Source: Armatimonadota bacterium
GTDB taxonomy: Bacteria > Armatimonadota > Zipacnadia > Zipacnadales > UBA5352
NCBI GenBank assembly: GCA_034722055.1
Contig: JAYENL010000256.1
Coordinates: forward strand, 744-64,743
Direction: 5' to 3'
Length of the DNA stretch: 64,000 bases
Position 1 is the first letter of the stretch. Each line of letters opens with the position of its first letter. Below the pieces are notes generated by a model. It was not told the DNA's origin, searched no databases, and worked only from the letters and a program-made list of their open reading frames with translations. A program made the translations under genes and the position numbers. Of this stretch, positions 1-7,925 are shown in pieces.

Positions 1-1980
1 CAGGCTCGGGTCCCGCTGCGGGTGGAGCTGCCGGCGGACCTGGCGCCGGGCGAGTACGCGCTGACCCTCACAGCCAGCTTCGCCCCCGGCGGGACGCAGG
101 AGGATGCCTTTGCCATCCACGTCCTGCCGCGCGCGGACGCGCCGACGCTGGAGGCGCGGATGGCTCTCTTCGACCCGAGGGGCGAGACCGCGGAGCTGCT
201 CGAGGCCATGGAGGTGCCCTGGGAGCTGGTCGAGGCCGATGCCGACCTGTCCGGGTATGGTCTCCTCATCGTGGGCAAGGGGGCGCTCACCGTCGATGGC
301 CCGGCGCCGGACATCAGCGGAGTGCGCGAGGGACTGAGGGTGCTGGTGTTCGAGCAGACCGCGCAGGCCCTGGAGAGGCGCCTGGGCTTCCGCGTGCAGG
401 ACTACGGCCTGCGGCGTGCCTTCAAGCGCGTGCCCGACCATCCGCTGCTTGCGGGGCTGGAGGAGGAGCATCTGCGGGACTGGCGGGGGGAGGCGACGCT
501 GCTGCCGCCGCGGCGAGACCCCGGCCCGGATCCCAACAGCTACCCGTCCACGCGGTGGTGCGGGATTGAGGTCTCGCGGGCGTGGCGCTGCGGCTGCCGG
601 GGCAATGTGGCCTCGGTGCTGATCGAGAAGCCCGCCACCGGGGACTTCCTGCCCATCGTGGACGGCGGCTTCTCGCTGCAGTACGCCCCGCTGATGCTGT
701 TCCGCGAGGGCGACGGGATGATTCTGTTCTGTCAGATGGACGTGACGGGGCGCACCGGGGAGGACCCGGCGGCGAGGCGGCTGGTCACCAACATGCTGCG
801 GCATGTGGCGGCGGACTCGCCTCCGGCGCGCCGGGAGGCGGTGTACGTGGGCGAGCCGGCGGGCAGAGAGTACCTGGAGCGGTCGGGCATCGCTGCGGCC
901 GAGTACGGCGAGGCGCTGACCGCGGACCAGGTGCTGGTCATCGGGCCGGGCGGAGGCGCTGCGCTGGCGCCGGACAGGGAGGCCATCGGCGAGTGGCTCG
1001 ACGCCGGCGGGCATGTGCTGGCCGTGGGGCTGGAGGAGGCGGAGCTTCGGGCGTGCCTGCCGCTGGAGGTCTCGATGCGCGCGGCGGAGCACATCAGCGC
1101 GCACTTCACGCCGGCGGGCAGGGGATCGCCGCTGCAGGGAGTCGGCCCGGCCGACGTGCTGATACGCGAGCCGCGGGAAATGCCTCTGGTTGAGGGCGGG
1201 GCGGAGGTCGTGGCCGACGGTGTGCTCGCAACCGCCGCGGGCGGCACGGTGGTGCTGTGCCAGCTTGCGCCGTGGCAGTTCGACTACGAGGATGCCTTTC
1301 ACGTCAAGATGACCTACCGGCGCGCGAGCTTCCTGGTGAACCGTCTGCTGGCAAACCTGGGGGCGAGCGGCGCCACGCCGCTGCTGGAGCGCTTCTCGAC
1401 TCCCCTGGAGGGGGCGGATGCGCGGCAGTCGGTGGTCAGGAACGGCGATTTCAGCGCGGACGACGATGGCGACGGCGCCGCCGATCACTGGAGCGTCAGT
1501 GCCGGCTCCCCTGAGGCCACCTTCGCGCGCGAGCAGCTCCCCAATGGCGGCTGGGCCCAGCGCCTCTCCCTCGCCGGGCTGGGGGAGGAGGGAGAGGGGA
1601 GCGTGATGCTGGCCCAGCATGACGTCCCGCTCCAGGAGGGCCAGTGGTACCGCGTGGCGCTGAAGGCCAGGGCCGAGGGCCTGAGAGGGGCGCGGATCAA
1701 CTTCACGGTGCAGAACACGGAGACCTGGCGATCGTTCTTCGACTACCAGCACCTCGCGCCGGACGAGCAGTGGCGGGAGTACAGCTTCCTGGTGCAGTCG
1801 AAGGCCACGGCGGACACGGGGACGCGGCTGCAGCTCTGGTACACGAGCGTGGGCACGGTCTGGTTCTCGGACGTGCTCATGATGCCCTGTGAGCCGCCGT
1901 CGGAGGGGCGATGGGCGAGCGGACTCTACCTGGACCAGCCGGCCGAGATGGACGATCCCTACCGGTTCTTCCGCTGGTAG
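1..1980 (+). CDS. Large hypothetical (likely secreted, CAZyme-associated) protein, 5'-truncated by the window edge, with a C-terminal CBM4_9-like jelly-roll module
   Basis: Frame 1 is open from nt 1, with no stop before the listed GTG at 22, and runs to the stop at 1978-1980. The C-terminal segment 'VVRNGDFSADDDGDGAADHWSVS...GQWYRVALKARAEG...TVWFSDVLMMP' resembles the NGxFE...W...Y sugar-binding jelly-roll modules seen again in 22920-25571. High GC3 throughout. Confidence 0.6.
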   Translation, partial: QARVPLRVELPADLAPGEYALTLTASFAPGGTQEDAFAIHVLPRADAPTLEARMALFDPRGETAELLEAMEVPWELVEADADLSGYGLLIVGKGALTVDGPAPDISGVREGLRVLVFEQTAQALERRLGFRVQDYGLRRAFKRVPDHPLLAGLEEEHLRDWRGEATLLPPRRDPGPDPNSYPSTRWCGIEVSRAWRCGCRGNVASVLIEKPATGDFLPIVDGGFSLQYAPLMLFREGDGMILFCQMDVTGRTGEDPAARRLVTNMLRHVAADSPPARREAVYVGEPAGREYLERSGIAAAEYGEALTADQVLVIGPGGGAALAPDREAIGEWLDAGGHVLAVGLEEAELRACLPLEVSMRAAEHISAHFTPAGRGSPLQGVGPADVLIREPREMPLVEGGAEVVADGVLATAAGGTVVLCQLAPWQFDYEDAFHVKMTYRRASFLVNRLLANLGASGATPLLERFSTPLEGADARQSVVRNGDFSADDDGDGAADHWSVSAGSPEATFAREQLPNGGWAQRLSLAGLGEEGEGSVMLAQHDVPLQEGQWYRVALKARAEGLRGARINFTVQNTETWRSFFDYQHLAPDEQWREYSFLVQSKATADTGTRLQLWYTSVGTVWFSDVLMMPCEPPSEGRWASGLYLDQPAEMDDPYRFFRW

Positions 1981-2007
1981 AGGGCGGCTGCCCAGCCGGC
2001 CGTCGCG

Positions 2008-3864
2008 CTACTCGACCGGCTCCGGTCGCGCCCACTGTCCGTCCATGGCCTGCGGCAGCCGCCGGACGTTGCCCTCCCTGTCGGCGAAGTAGAGGCGGGA
2101 CTCGGAGGGCCGGCGGCCGTGGCCGTCCGCCCAGAAGGCGACGAAGTCCGTGAGACCGCCGAGCGGCCCGCGACCGTTCACCACACGTCGCACGTAGCTG
2201 TGGTTGTAGGGGCTGTCGTGGGTGAGCTGCCGCACCATCGTCCAGGTACCGCCTTCGTCCGTGGACCGCCACATGGCGACCTCGCCGCCGGGGTTGTAGG
2301 GCTGCGGGCCGGTCTCGGTGGGCCCGATGACCGTCCAGCTCCCGTCCTCGCCCACCAGCAGGCAGCCGGTGTCGTAGTTATTGTCGGAGGTCGTGATCTC
2401 GCGCAGCCGCCACTGCTCGCCGGTCCAGTGCACGGTGGTCCACGCGCGCGGGTCATTCTGCGGTCCGGACTCGAAGCCGGGGGAGGTGACAATGAGGATG
2501 ATGGGGCGGCCCGCGGCGTCGAAGGTCAGGTCCTTCATGTAGACCAGCAGGTCCTCGGCGGCGTAATCGTGCACCAGCGCCGGGTTACCCGCCTCAGTCA
2601 GCGGGATCTCGATGGGGTCGCCGGCGGCGTTTCGCCAGGTCTCGCCGAGGTCGTCGCTGGCCATGTAGTAGAGGTTCGTCCGCCAGTTCAGCCCGCGTGG
2701 GTCCGGATGGTAGTTGAAGGCCGTGGCCGCGGTCCGACCATGGACGTTGCTGACCTGGTAATGGCCCTGCTCGATGGCTGCCAGCCGCACCGGCTGGCTC
2801 CACGACCTGCCGTCGGGGCTGGTCCGGAAGTGCAGGATGCGCCCGCCATGATAGAGCGTCTGGAAAAAGAAGAACCCCTCGGGGATGCGATGCACCTGCG
2901 GGTAGGAGAAGTTGGTGACATCGACTACCTCGAAGGCCTCCACTGAGTGCGGCTCGCGGCTGCGGAGGATGTATGACGGCCGGGCGGTGCCGTGCGCGCT
3001 GGCGAAGACCCACACGTGGCCGTCATCGTCGAGCGAGATCACAGGGTTGTCGTGCGCGTCGCTGGTGCGCTTGTCGAGGAGGATCATCGGCCGGCGCACC
3101 ATCCCGGTGGCGTGGTCGTAGCAGGAGGCCATGATCAGCAGGTTGCGCTCACCCGGGGAGGTGCCCCCGTAGACGAAGAAGGTGCGATCCGCCTCCGGCG
3201 AGTAGATGGCGAACGGGATGTGCTTGGCGCAGTAGGTGCCCAGCCCGCCGCTGTACTTGTAGGCGTACTCGCTGTCCAGCGGCTGATTGGCGTACCAGAT
3301 GCCGTGGAAGCCGTCCGCGGCTCCCAGGTTCACCTCGACCTCCGACAGCATGGTCATCTCCAGCTCCTCTCCGCTCTTCCGGTCCGGAATCAGCAGGTAG
3401 CGATCGACCACCACTGTGCCACGCACGGCCTTCACCAGCATCTCGCGCAGCCCCGCCGGGACGGGCACGCCGTAAAGCGCCCCCACCTGGATGGTCTCCC
3501 GGCCACGAAAGCTCTGCACATACCACCGGTCGGCCACACCGATGCCCAAGTCAGCCCCGCCCGCTGAGGCCGCCCGCACGTCCAGCGCCAGCAGCCCCGG
3601 CTGCGGCAGGTCGGTCACGAAGGTCAGCATGTTGCGCGGGCCGCGCGGGCCGTAGAGGCGCGTCGTGAGACCGCGCTGCACCGCCGCCAGCTCCTCGGGA
3701 CCAGCCTGGCGCAGGTCGATGCGGCTGACCTCATTGGCGGCGCCGCGCTCGTCGAGCCCAGGCACCACCTCCACGATCCCCTCCTCACAGCGCCCTTCCC
3801 GCGGCCACCCGAGTGCCGCCGCGCAGCCGAGCAGCGCGACCAGCGCCTGCCTCTGCATTGCCAC
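2008..3864 (-). CDS. Secreted BNR/Asp-box repeat beta-propeller protein (BNR_4-like, sialidase fold)
   Basis: N-terminal signal-like 'QRQALVALLGCAAALGWP'. Three Asp-box motifs (S-x-D-x-G-x-[ST]-W): 'SPDGRSWS', 'SDDLGETWRN', 'STDEGGTWTM'. 'YSGGLGTYCAKHIPFAIY' resembles the BNR_4 family. The start is GTG at 3864 or ATG at 3858; the latter has GAGGTG 8 nt upstream. Confidence 0.7.
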   Translation of the reverse strand: MAMQRQALVALLGCAAALGWPREGRCEEGIVEVVPGLDERGAANEVSRIDLRQAGPEELAAVQRGLTTRLYGPRGPRNMLTFVTDLPQPGLLALDVRAASAGGADLGIGVADRWYVQSFRGRETIQVGALYGVPVPAGLREMLVKAVRGTVVVDRYLLIPDRKSGEELEMTMLSEVEVNLGAADGFHGIWYANQPLDSEYAYKYSGGLGTYCAKHIPFAIYSPEADRTFFVYGGTSPGERNLLIMASCYDHATGMVRRPMILLDKRTSDAHDNPVISLDDDGHVWVFASAHGTARPSYILRSREPHSVEAFEVVDVTNFSYPQVHRIPEGFFFFQTLYHGGRILHFRTSPDGRSWSQPVRLAAIEQGHYQVSNVHGRTAATAFNYHPDPRGLNWRTNLYYMASDDLGETWRNAAGDPIEIPLTEAGNPALVHDYAAEDLLVYMKDLTFDAAGRPIILIVTSPGFESGPQNDPRAWTTVHWTGEQWRLREITTSDNNYDTGCLLVGEDGSWTVIGPTETGPQPYNPGGEVAMWRSTDEGGTWTMVRQLTHDSPYNHSYVRRVVNGRGPLGGLTDFVAFWADGHGRRPSESRLYFADREGNVRRLPQAMDGQWARPEPVE

Positions 3865-4226
3865 ACCACCTCAGCGTGCTGGTGTGCCTCCTGGTGGCCC
3901 ACTCCGTGCACGGCCCGACGTGCTCCAGGCCCCGCGGCCAGCAATCCCCGCCTGGAGACACCCGCGCCTCAGAGAATGCACCGGAGTCCGCAGGGAGACC
4001 TTCCCTGCGGAGGCGGAATCGCCTGCTATTGCGACGGCGCGCCCGGATTCTGGCGAGTTCATGGCAATCTCGCGGCTTTATGGCGCTAAGCACGGGGAAC
4101 GATCGCGGCGCTCAATGGCGAAAGAATGGATGCTGTGCGGTGAGTGTGAGGTCGCCAATGTTTATTAAGCCTGCCATGCTGGTAGACACGTACACACGAT
4201 GAGCCTTTGCGAAGGAGGCAGACACG

Positions 4227-4340
4227 ATGCGTATTGACACGCCTGCTCCGGTTCCGACACCGCCAGTACCGACCCCGCCTGAGCCCCCATTCCCGGTGCC
4301 GCCAGTCCCGACGCCTCCCGTACCCGCGCCACCCGAGTAA
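4227..4340 (+). CDS. 37-aa proline-rich micro-ORF (MRIDTPAPVPTPPVPTPPEPPFPVPPVPTPPVPAPPE)
   Basis: ATG at 4227 is preceded by GAAGGAGG (4211-4218) with an 8-nt spacer. TAA stop at 4338-4340. It is too short for the ORF track. GC3 is lower than in neighbouring genes, so coding status is uncertain. Confidence 0.3.
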   Translation: MRIDTPAPVPTPPVPTPPEPPFPVPPVPTPPVPAPPE

Positions 4341-4729
4341 CCGCCTCGGCGGGGCAATCGGTCACATGCACAAGTGCGCCTCCGGGCAGGTGAGTCCGGA
4401 GGCGCGACGTGTGAGCCACATCGATAGTGACGCGCTGTGTGCCGGGTCAGCTCCACTGGTTGTGAGATGGATGTGAGCGCGTTACGGTGTTCCTCGCTGC
4501 TATCATTGCATTCGGCGCACGCAGGCGGCTCTGCGGCGCCGGCAGATTTTTCATGAATTATTGAAGGAGTAGGGACACACGCGAAGAATTGAGCTTCTTG
4601 AGCAGCCCGAGGATGGCTTTGGGCCTTTCCTCGGCACTGGTTACGCGAAGCGAGTCTCTGCCTGCAAGACAGGCCACGGGCAAGCCATCATAGTGCCCCG
4701 CAAACCCCTGTAGAAAGGGTGAGGGAAAG

Positions 4730-6595
4730 ATGAGGAAGAGTGCCTGGTGTTTGTTGGCTGCAGCACTGGTGGCGGGCCTGTTCGTCGCTGGATGTGGCGG
4801 ATCCGGGCCGGATGTACCGGCTCCAGGAACTGAGCTCGCCCCGACACAGGTCAACGATCACGGCAGCATGCGCGTTCTGATCGGCTTCACCTCCACCCCC
4901 GGTCCGGCGGAGGCCAATGTGGTGCGCGCTCAAGGTGGCAGAGTCCTGCGCAGCTTCCACCTGGTGCCCGCTATTAGCGCTGTGATCCCCGAGCGGGCAA
5001 AGCAGGCCCTGGAGCGGAACCCGACCGTGGAGTACGTCGAGGGTGACCCGGAGGCGCAGGCCTCCGTGTACTACGGCACGTGGCCGGCTGAGAGAGTGGA
5101 CTGGGGGATTGATCGGATCGACGCGGATCTGGTATGGGGCACCTGTGACGGCACCGGCGTCCGTGTGGCTGTCCTTGACACTGGGATCAACGGTCCCGCG
5201 ATGGGCGATTCGGGCGATGACCCCACCGGTCCACATCCCGACCTGGAGTGCAACATCGCCGGTGGCATAAACATCGTCAGCGGAGGGGAGCAGGCGCGTG
5301 ACGACAACGGCCACGGCACCCACGTGGCGGGGACGATAGGTGCCGACGACAACTATTTCGGCGCCATCGGGGCAGCGCCGGGCGTCTCACTGTACTCCGT
5401 GAAGGTTCTTGGCGCTGACGGCAGCGGCTACTATAGCTGGATCATCGACGGCTTGCAGTGGTGTGTGGACAACGGGATACAGATTGCGAACATGAGCCTG
5501 GGCGGCAGCCGGCCGTCCAGATCCCTGCAGCTCGCCTGTGACAACGCTTACGCATCGGGAGTGCTGCTTGTCGCTGCCTCGGGCAACGAGGGTGGCCGGG
5601 TCAACTATCCCGCGAAGTACGATTCGGTGATAGCAGTTTCCGCAATCAACTCCGACGACAGCGTGGCATCCTTCTCCAACACGGGCCGCGAGATCGAGCT
5701 GTGCGCGCCGGGCGTCTCGGTGTTCTCCACCTGCGACCAGTGGTTGGATGGCAGCGAGCATGACATGGACGGTTCTCAGGATGGTTACGGTGTCCTGAGC
5801 GGAACCTCAATGGCCTCGCCCCACGTGGCCGGGACGGCGGCGCTGGTCATCGCCAGCGGCGTGACCGGACCTGACGCCGTACGTGCTCGCCTGCAGGAGA
5901 CTGCGGAGGACCTTGGGCCCACGGGTAAGGATGACGCCTACGGCTACGGGCTGGTGGATGCCCAGGCGGCTGCGGGCCCGGTGAACGAGGCCCCAACCGT
6001 TGTCATCAGCAGCCCCGCCGATGGCTCGAGCTTTGATTCGGGCGCCACTATCAGCTTCACGGGGACGGCCACCGATCCAGAGGACGGGGATCTCACCAGC
6101 AGTCTCGTCTGGACGTCCGACCTTGACGGCCAGGTCGGCACCGGCGGCAGCTTCAGCACCACGCTCAGTGACGGTACGCACACGATCGCAGCCTCGGTGA
6201 CGGACTCCGGCGGTCTCACCGGCACCGACAGCATCACAATCACCGTCGGGTCGCAGCCGCCTCCCGGCGGGATGTACGTCTGGGACATCGCCTGGTCCAC
6301 GAAAGGCCCGCACCTGGCAGTGACGGTGACGGTCCATGCAGACTCTGATGCCGATGGCGTTGCAGAGGCGACCGACGAGCCTGTTGAGGGCGCCTCGGTC
6401 GCCATGGATCTCAGCCTCCAAGACGGCGGCTTATGGAGCTTCACGGGCGTGACCGACTCGTCCGGACAGGTGAGCTTCATGCACAAGCGCGCCGCCAGCG
6501 GCGAGTACACGGCGGCAGTCACCGGCATCAGCCATGACGGGTACGAGTATGACGCCGGTCTGGATGCGGACAATCCCGACTCCTATTCGCTGTGA
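4730..6595 (+). CDS. Subtilisin-like serine protease (peptidase S8) lipoprotein with an I9-like propeptide and C-terminal Ig-like/beta-sandwich domains
   Basis: Catalytic triad contexts: 'VAVLDTGI' (Asp), 'HGTHVAGTIGA' (His), 'GTSMASPHVAGTAALV' (Ser). Lipobox 'FVAGCGG'. The propeptide-like 'RVLIGF...VVRAQGGRVLRSFHLVPAISAVIPERAKQALERNPTVEYVEGD' matches inhibitor I9 architecture. SD-like GGGTGAGGGAAAG lies before the ATG at 4730. Confidence 0.9.
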   Translation: MRKSAWCLLAAALVAGLFVAGCGGSGPDVPAPGTELAPTQVNDHGSMRVLIGFTSTPGPAEANVVRAQGGRVLRSFHLVPAISAVIPERAKQALERNPTVEYVEGDPEAQASVYYGTWPAERVDWGIDRIDADLVWGTCDGTGVRVAVLDTGINGPAMGDSGDDPTGPHPDLECNIAGGINIVSGGEQARDDNGHGTHVAGTIGADDNYFGAIGAAPGVSLYSVKVLGADGSGYYSWIIDGLQWCVDNGIQIANMSLGGSRPSRSLQLACDNAYASGVLLVAASGNEGGRVNYPAKYDSVIAVSAINSDDSVASFSNTGREIELCAPGVSVFSTCDQWLDGSEHDMDGSQDGYGVLSGTSMASPHVAGTAALVIASGVTGPDAVRARLQETAEDLGPTGKDDAYGYGLVDAQAAAGPVNEAPTVVISSPADGSSFDSGATISFTGTATDPEDGDLTSSLVWTSDLDGQVGTGGSFSTTLSDGTHTIAASVTDSGGLTGTDSITITVGSQPPPGGMYVWDIAWSTKGPHLAVTVTVHADSDADGVAEATDEPVEGASVAMDLSLQDGGLWSFTGVTDSSGQVSFMHKRAASGEYTAAVTGISHDGYEYDAGLDADNPDSYSL

Positions 6596-6675
6596 GCCGG
6601 CGTTTGGACGCTCTCTTCCTGAAGCGGGAACGCGATCAGTAGCGATCGAGCCGATACCCATAAGGAGGGTGACAG

Positions 6676-7890
6676 ATGAGCAAGCTCACGCGGCTGAGCC
6701 TGGCACTTCTGGTGATAGGGGCAAGCATCGTCTATCTCACCGGGTGCGGCGGCGTCTCCCAGCCGCCGCCGGCCGGCCAATCGCAGGTGATGGTCTATCC
6801 GGCTGGCGTTCAGACTCTCCTTCCGCTGGAGCTTACGTGGCCGGACACACCGCGGTGGATGGACATCGCCGATCAGAGCTACAGCACGGAGTTTGGCTTT
6901 CAGTATGCAGACCAAGTCACTGTTGACTACGTGGACAGCGCATCGACGCTGACCGGCACGCTGGCCGCAACCGGCCTCAAGCCCTGGTTCGCGTATCAGA
7001 TGAAGCTGGTCGGGAAGAAGGGCGTCTTGGGGCATACGGAGGCCGCGAACCTGGGCGACCAGCAGGCCTGGTCGAGCTACCAGCTCGGCTCAGTGGGACG
7101 ATGGTGGTGCGAGGAGTGCGGCTGGAACCTCAACGACAACGAGGTGCAGCGGCACGTCAAGCAGGGGCATACCGTCGTCGGCTATCTCCTGTTCGACTGG
7201 TTCGTCACCGACAAGTTCGGTAACGCGACGCACGACTTCGCGCTGGACAGCAGCTTCCACGTGCTGTGGAAGGCGAGCCAGCGCGCCCGCACCGCCAACG
7301 ACTCCGCCCCGCGGTCGTACCATCTGGTCCGCGGCGAGTGCGGGTACGCGTACCCGAGCGCCGCGGTGGATTTGGTAGATGATGTAACAGTCTACGCCGA
7401 GTGGGAGAGCACCAGACCCAAGCCCGGCGATGTCCAGCTCGCTGCCGGCGACTATGTGGTGAGCTTCAACCTCACCGAGGAGACCTTCCACAACGTCCCG
7501 CCCGATCTGGCCACCACGTTCCCGTGGGGATACACGAACTACGAGTATGGCGGCTTCTGGGCCAAGGTCCTGGGCGGCGACCTGGCGTTTACCGTCAGCG
7601 GTGGCGGCGGTAACGGAGAGGAGCCTACTGGGACGGGGGCGATCGAGGGCACGGTGACCTATGGCGACGGCAGCGTGGCCCGAAAGGCGTACGTGACCCT
7701 GACGGACGCGGTCAGCGTCGAGGTTGCCAGCACGCAGACGCGAGGGAATGGCGTCTACAGGTTCCGCGACGTTCCCGCGGGCACCTACACGGTCACGGCC
7801 AAACAGGGCGATTTGTCCGCGACCACGGACGACGTGCAAGTGACCGCGGGCCAGACCACGACGGTTGATCTGGTGCTCGTGTCGCAGTAG
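6676..7890 (+). CDS. Lipoprotein of unknown function with a C-terminal carboxypeptidase-regulatory-like (CarboxypepD_reg) beta-sandwich
   Basis: AGGAGGG lies 7 nt before the ATG at 6676. Lipobox 'YLTGCGG'. The C-terminus 'GAIEGTVTYGDGSVARKAYVTLTD...GVYRFRDVPAGTYTVTAKQGDL...VTAGQTTTVDLVL' is a typical CarboxypepD_reg pattern. Confidence 0.6.
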   Translation: MSKLTRLSLALLVIGASIVYLTGCGGVSQPPPAGQSQVMVYPAGVQTLLPLELTWPDTPRWMDIADQSYSTEFGFQYADQVTVDYVDSASTLTGTLAATGLKPWFAYQMKLVGKKGVLGHTEAANLGDQQAWSSYQLGSVGRWWCEECGWNLNDNEVQRHVKQGHTVVGYLLFDWFVTDKFGNATHDFALDSSFHVLWKASQRARTANDSAPRSYHLVRGECGYAYPSAAVDLVDDVTVYAEWESTRPKPGDVQLAAGDYVVSFNLTEETFHNVPPDLATTFPWGYTNYEYGGFWAKVLGGDLAFTVSGGGGNGEEPTGTGAIEGTVTYGDGSVARKAYVTLTDAVSVEVASTQTRGNGVYRFRDVPAGTYTVTAKQGDLSATTDDVQVTAGQTTTVDLVLVSQ

Positions 7891-7925
7891 TCTCAGGCAC
7901 CGCCCCTGCCATCGTAGCGCGGGCC

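Noticed and set aside
4112-4456. Gly-rich 114-aa minus-strand ORF (GTGGVGTGGTGNGGSGGVGTGG...) opposite the Pro-rich micro-ORF.
   Set aside because: It is simply the complement of the CCN-rich tract. It has no SD and implausible flanking sequence. The plus-strand micro-ORF has a strong SD, although neither is proven.
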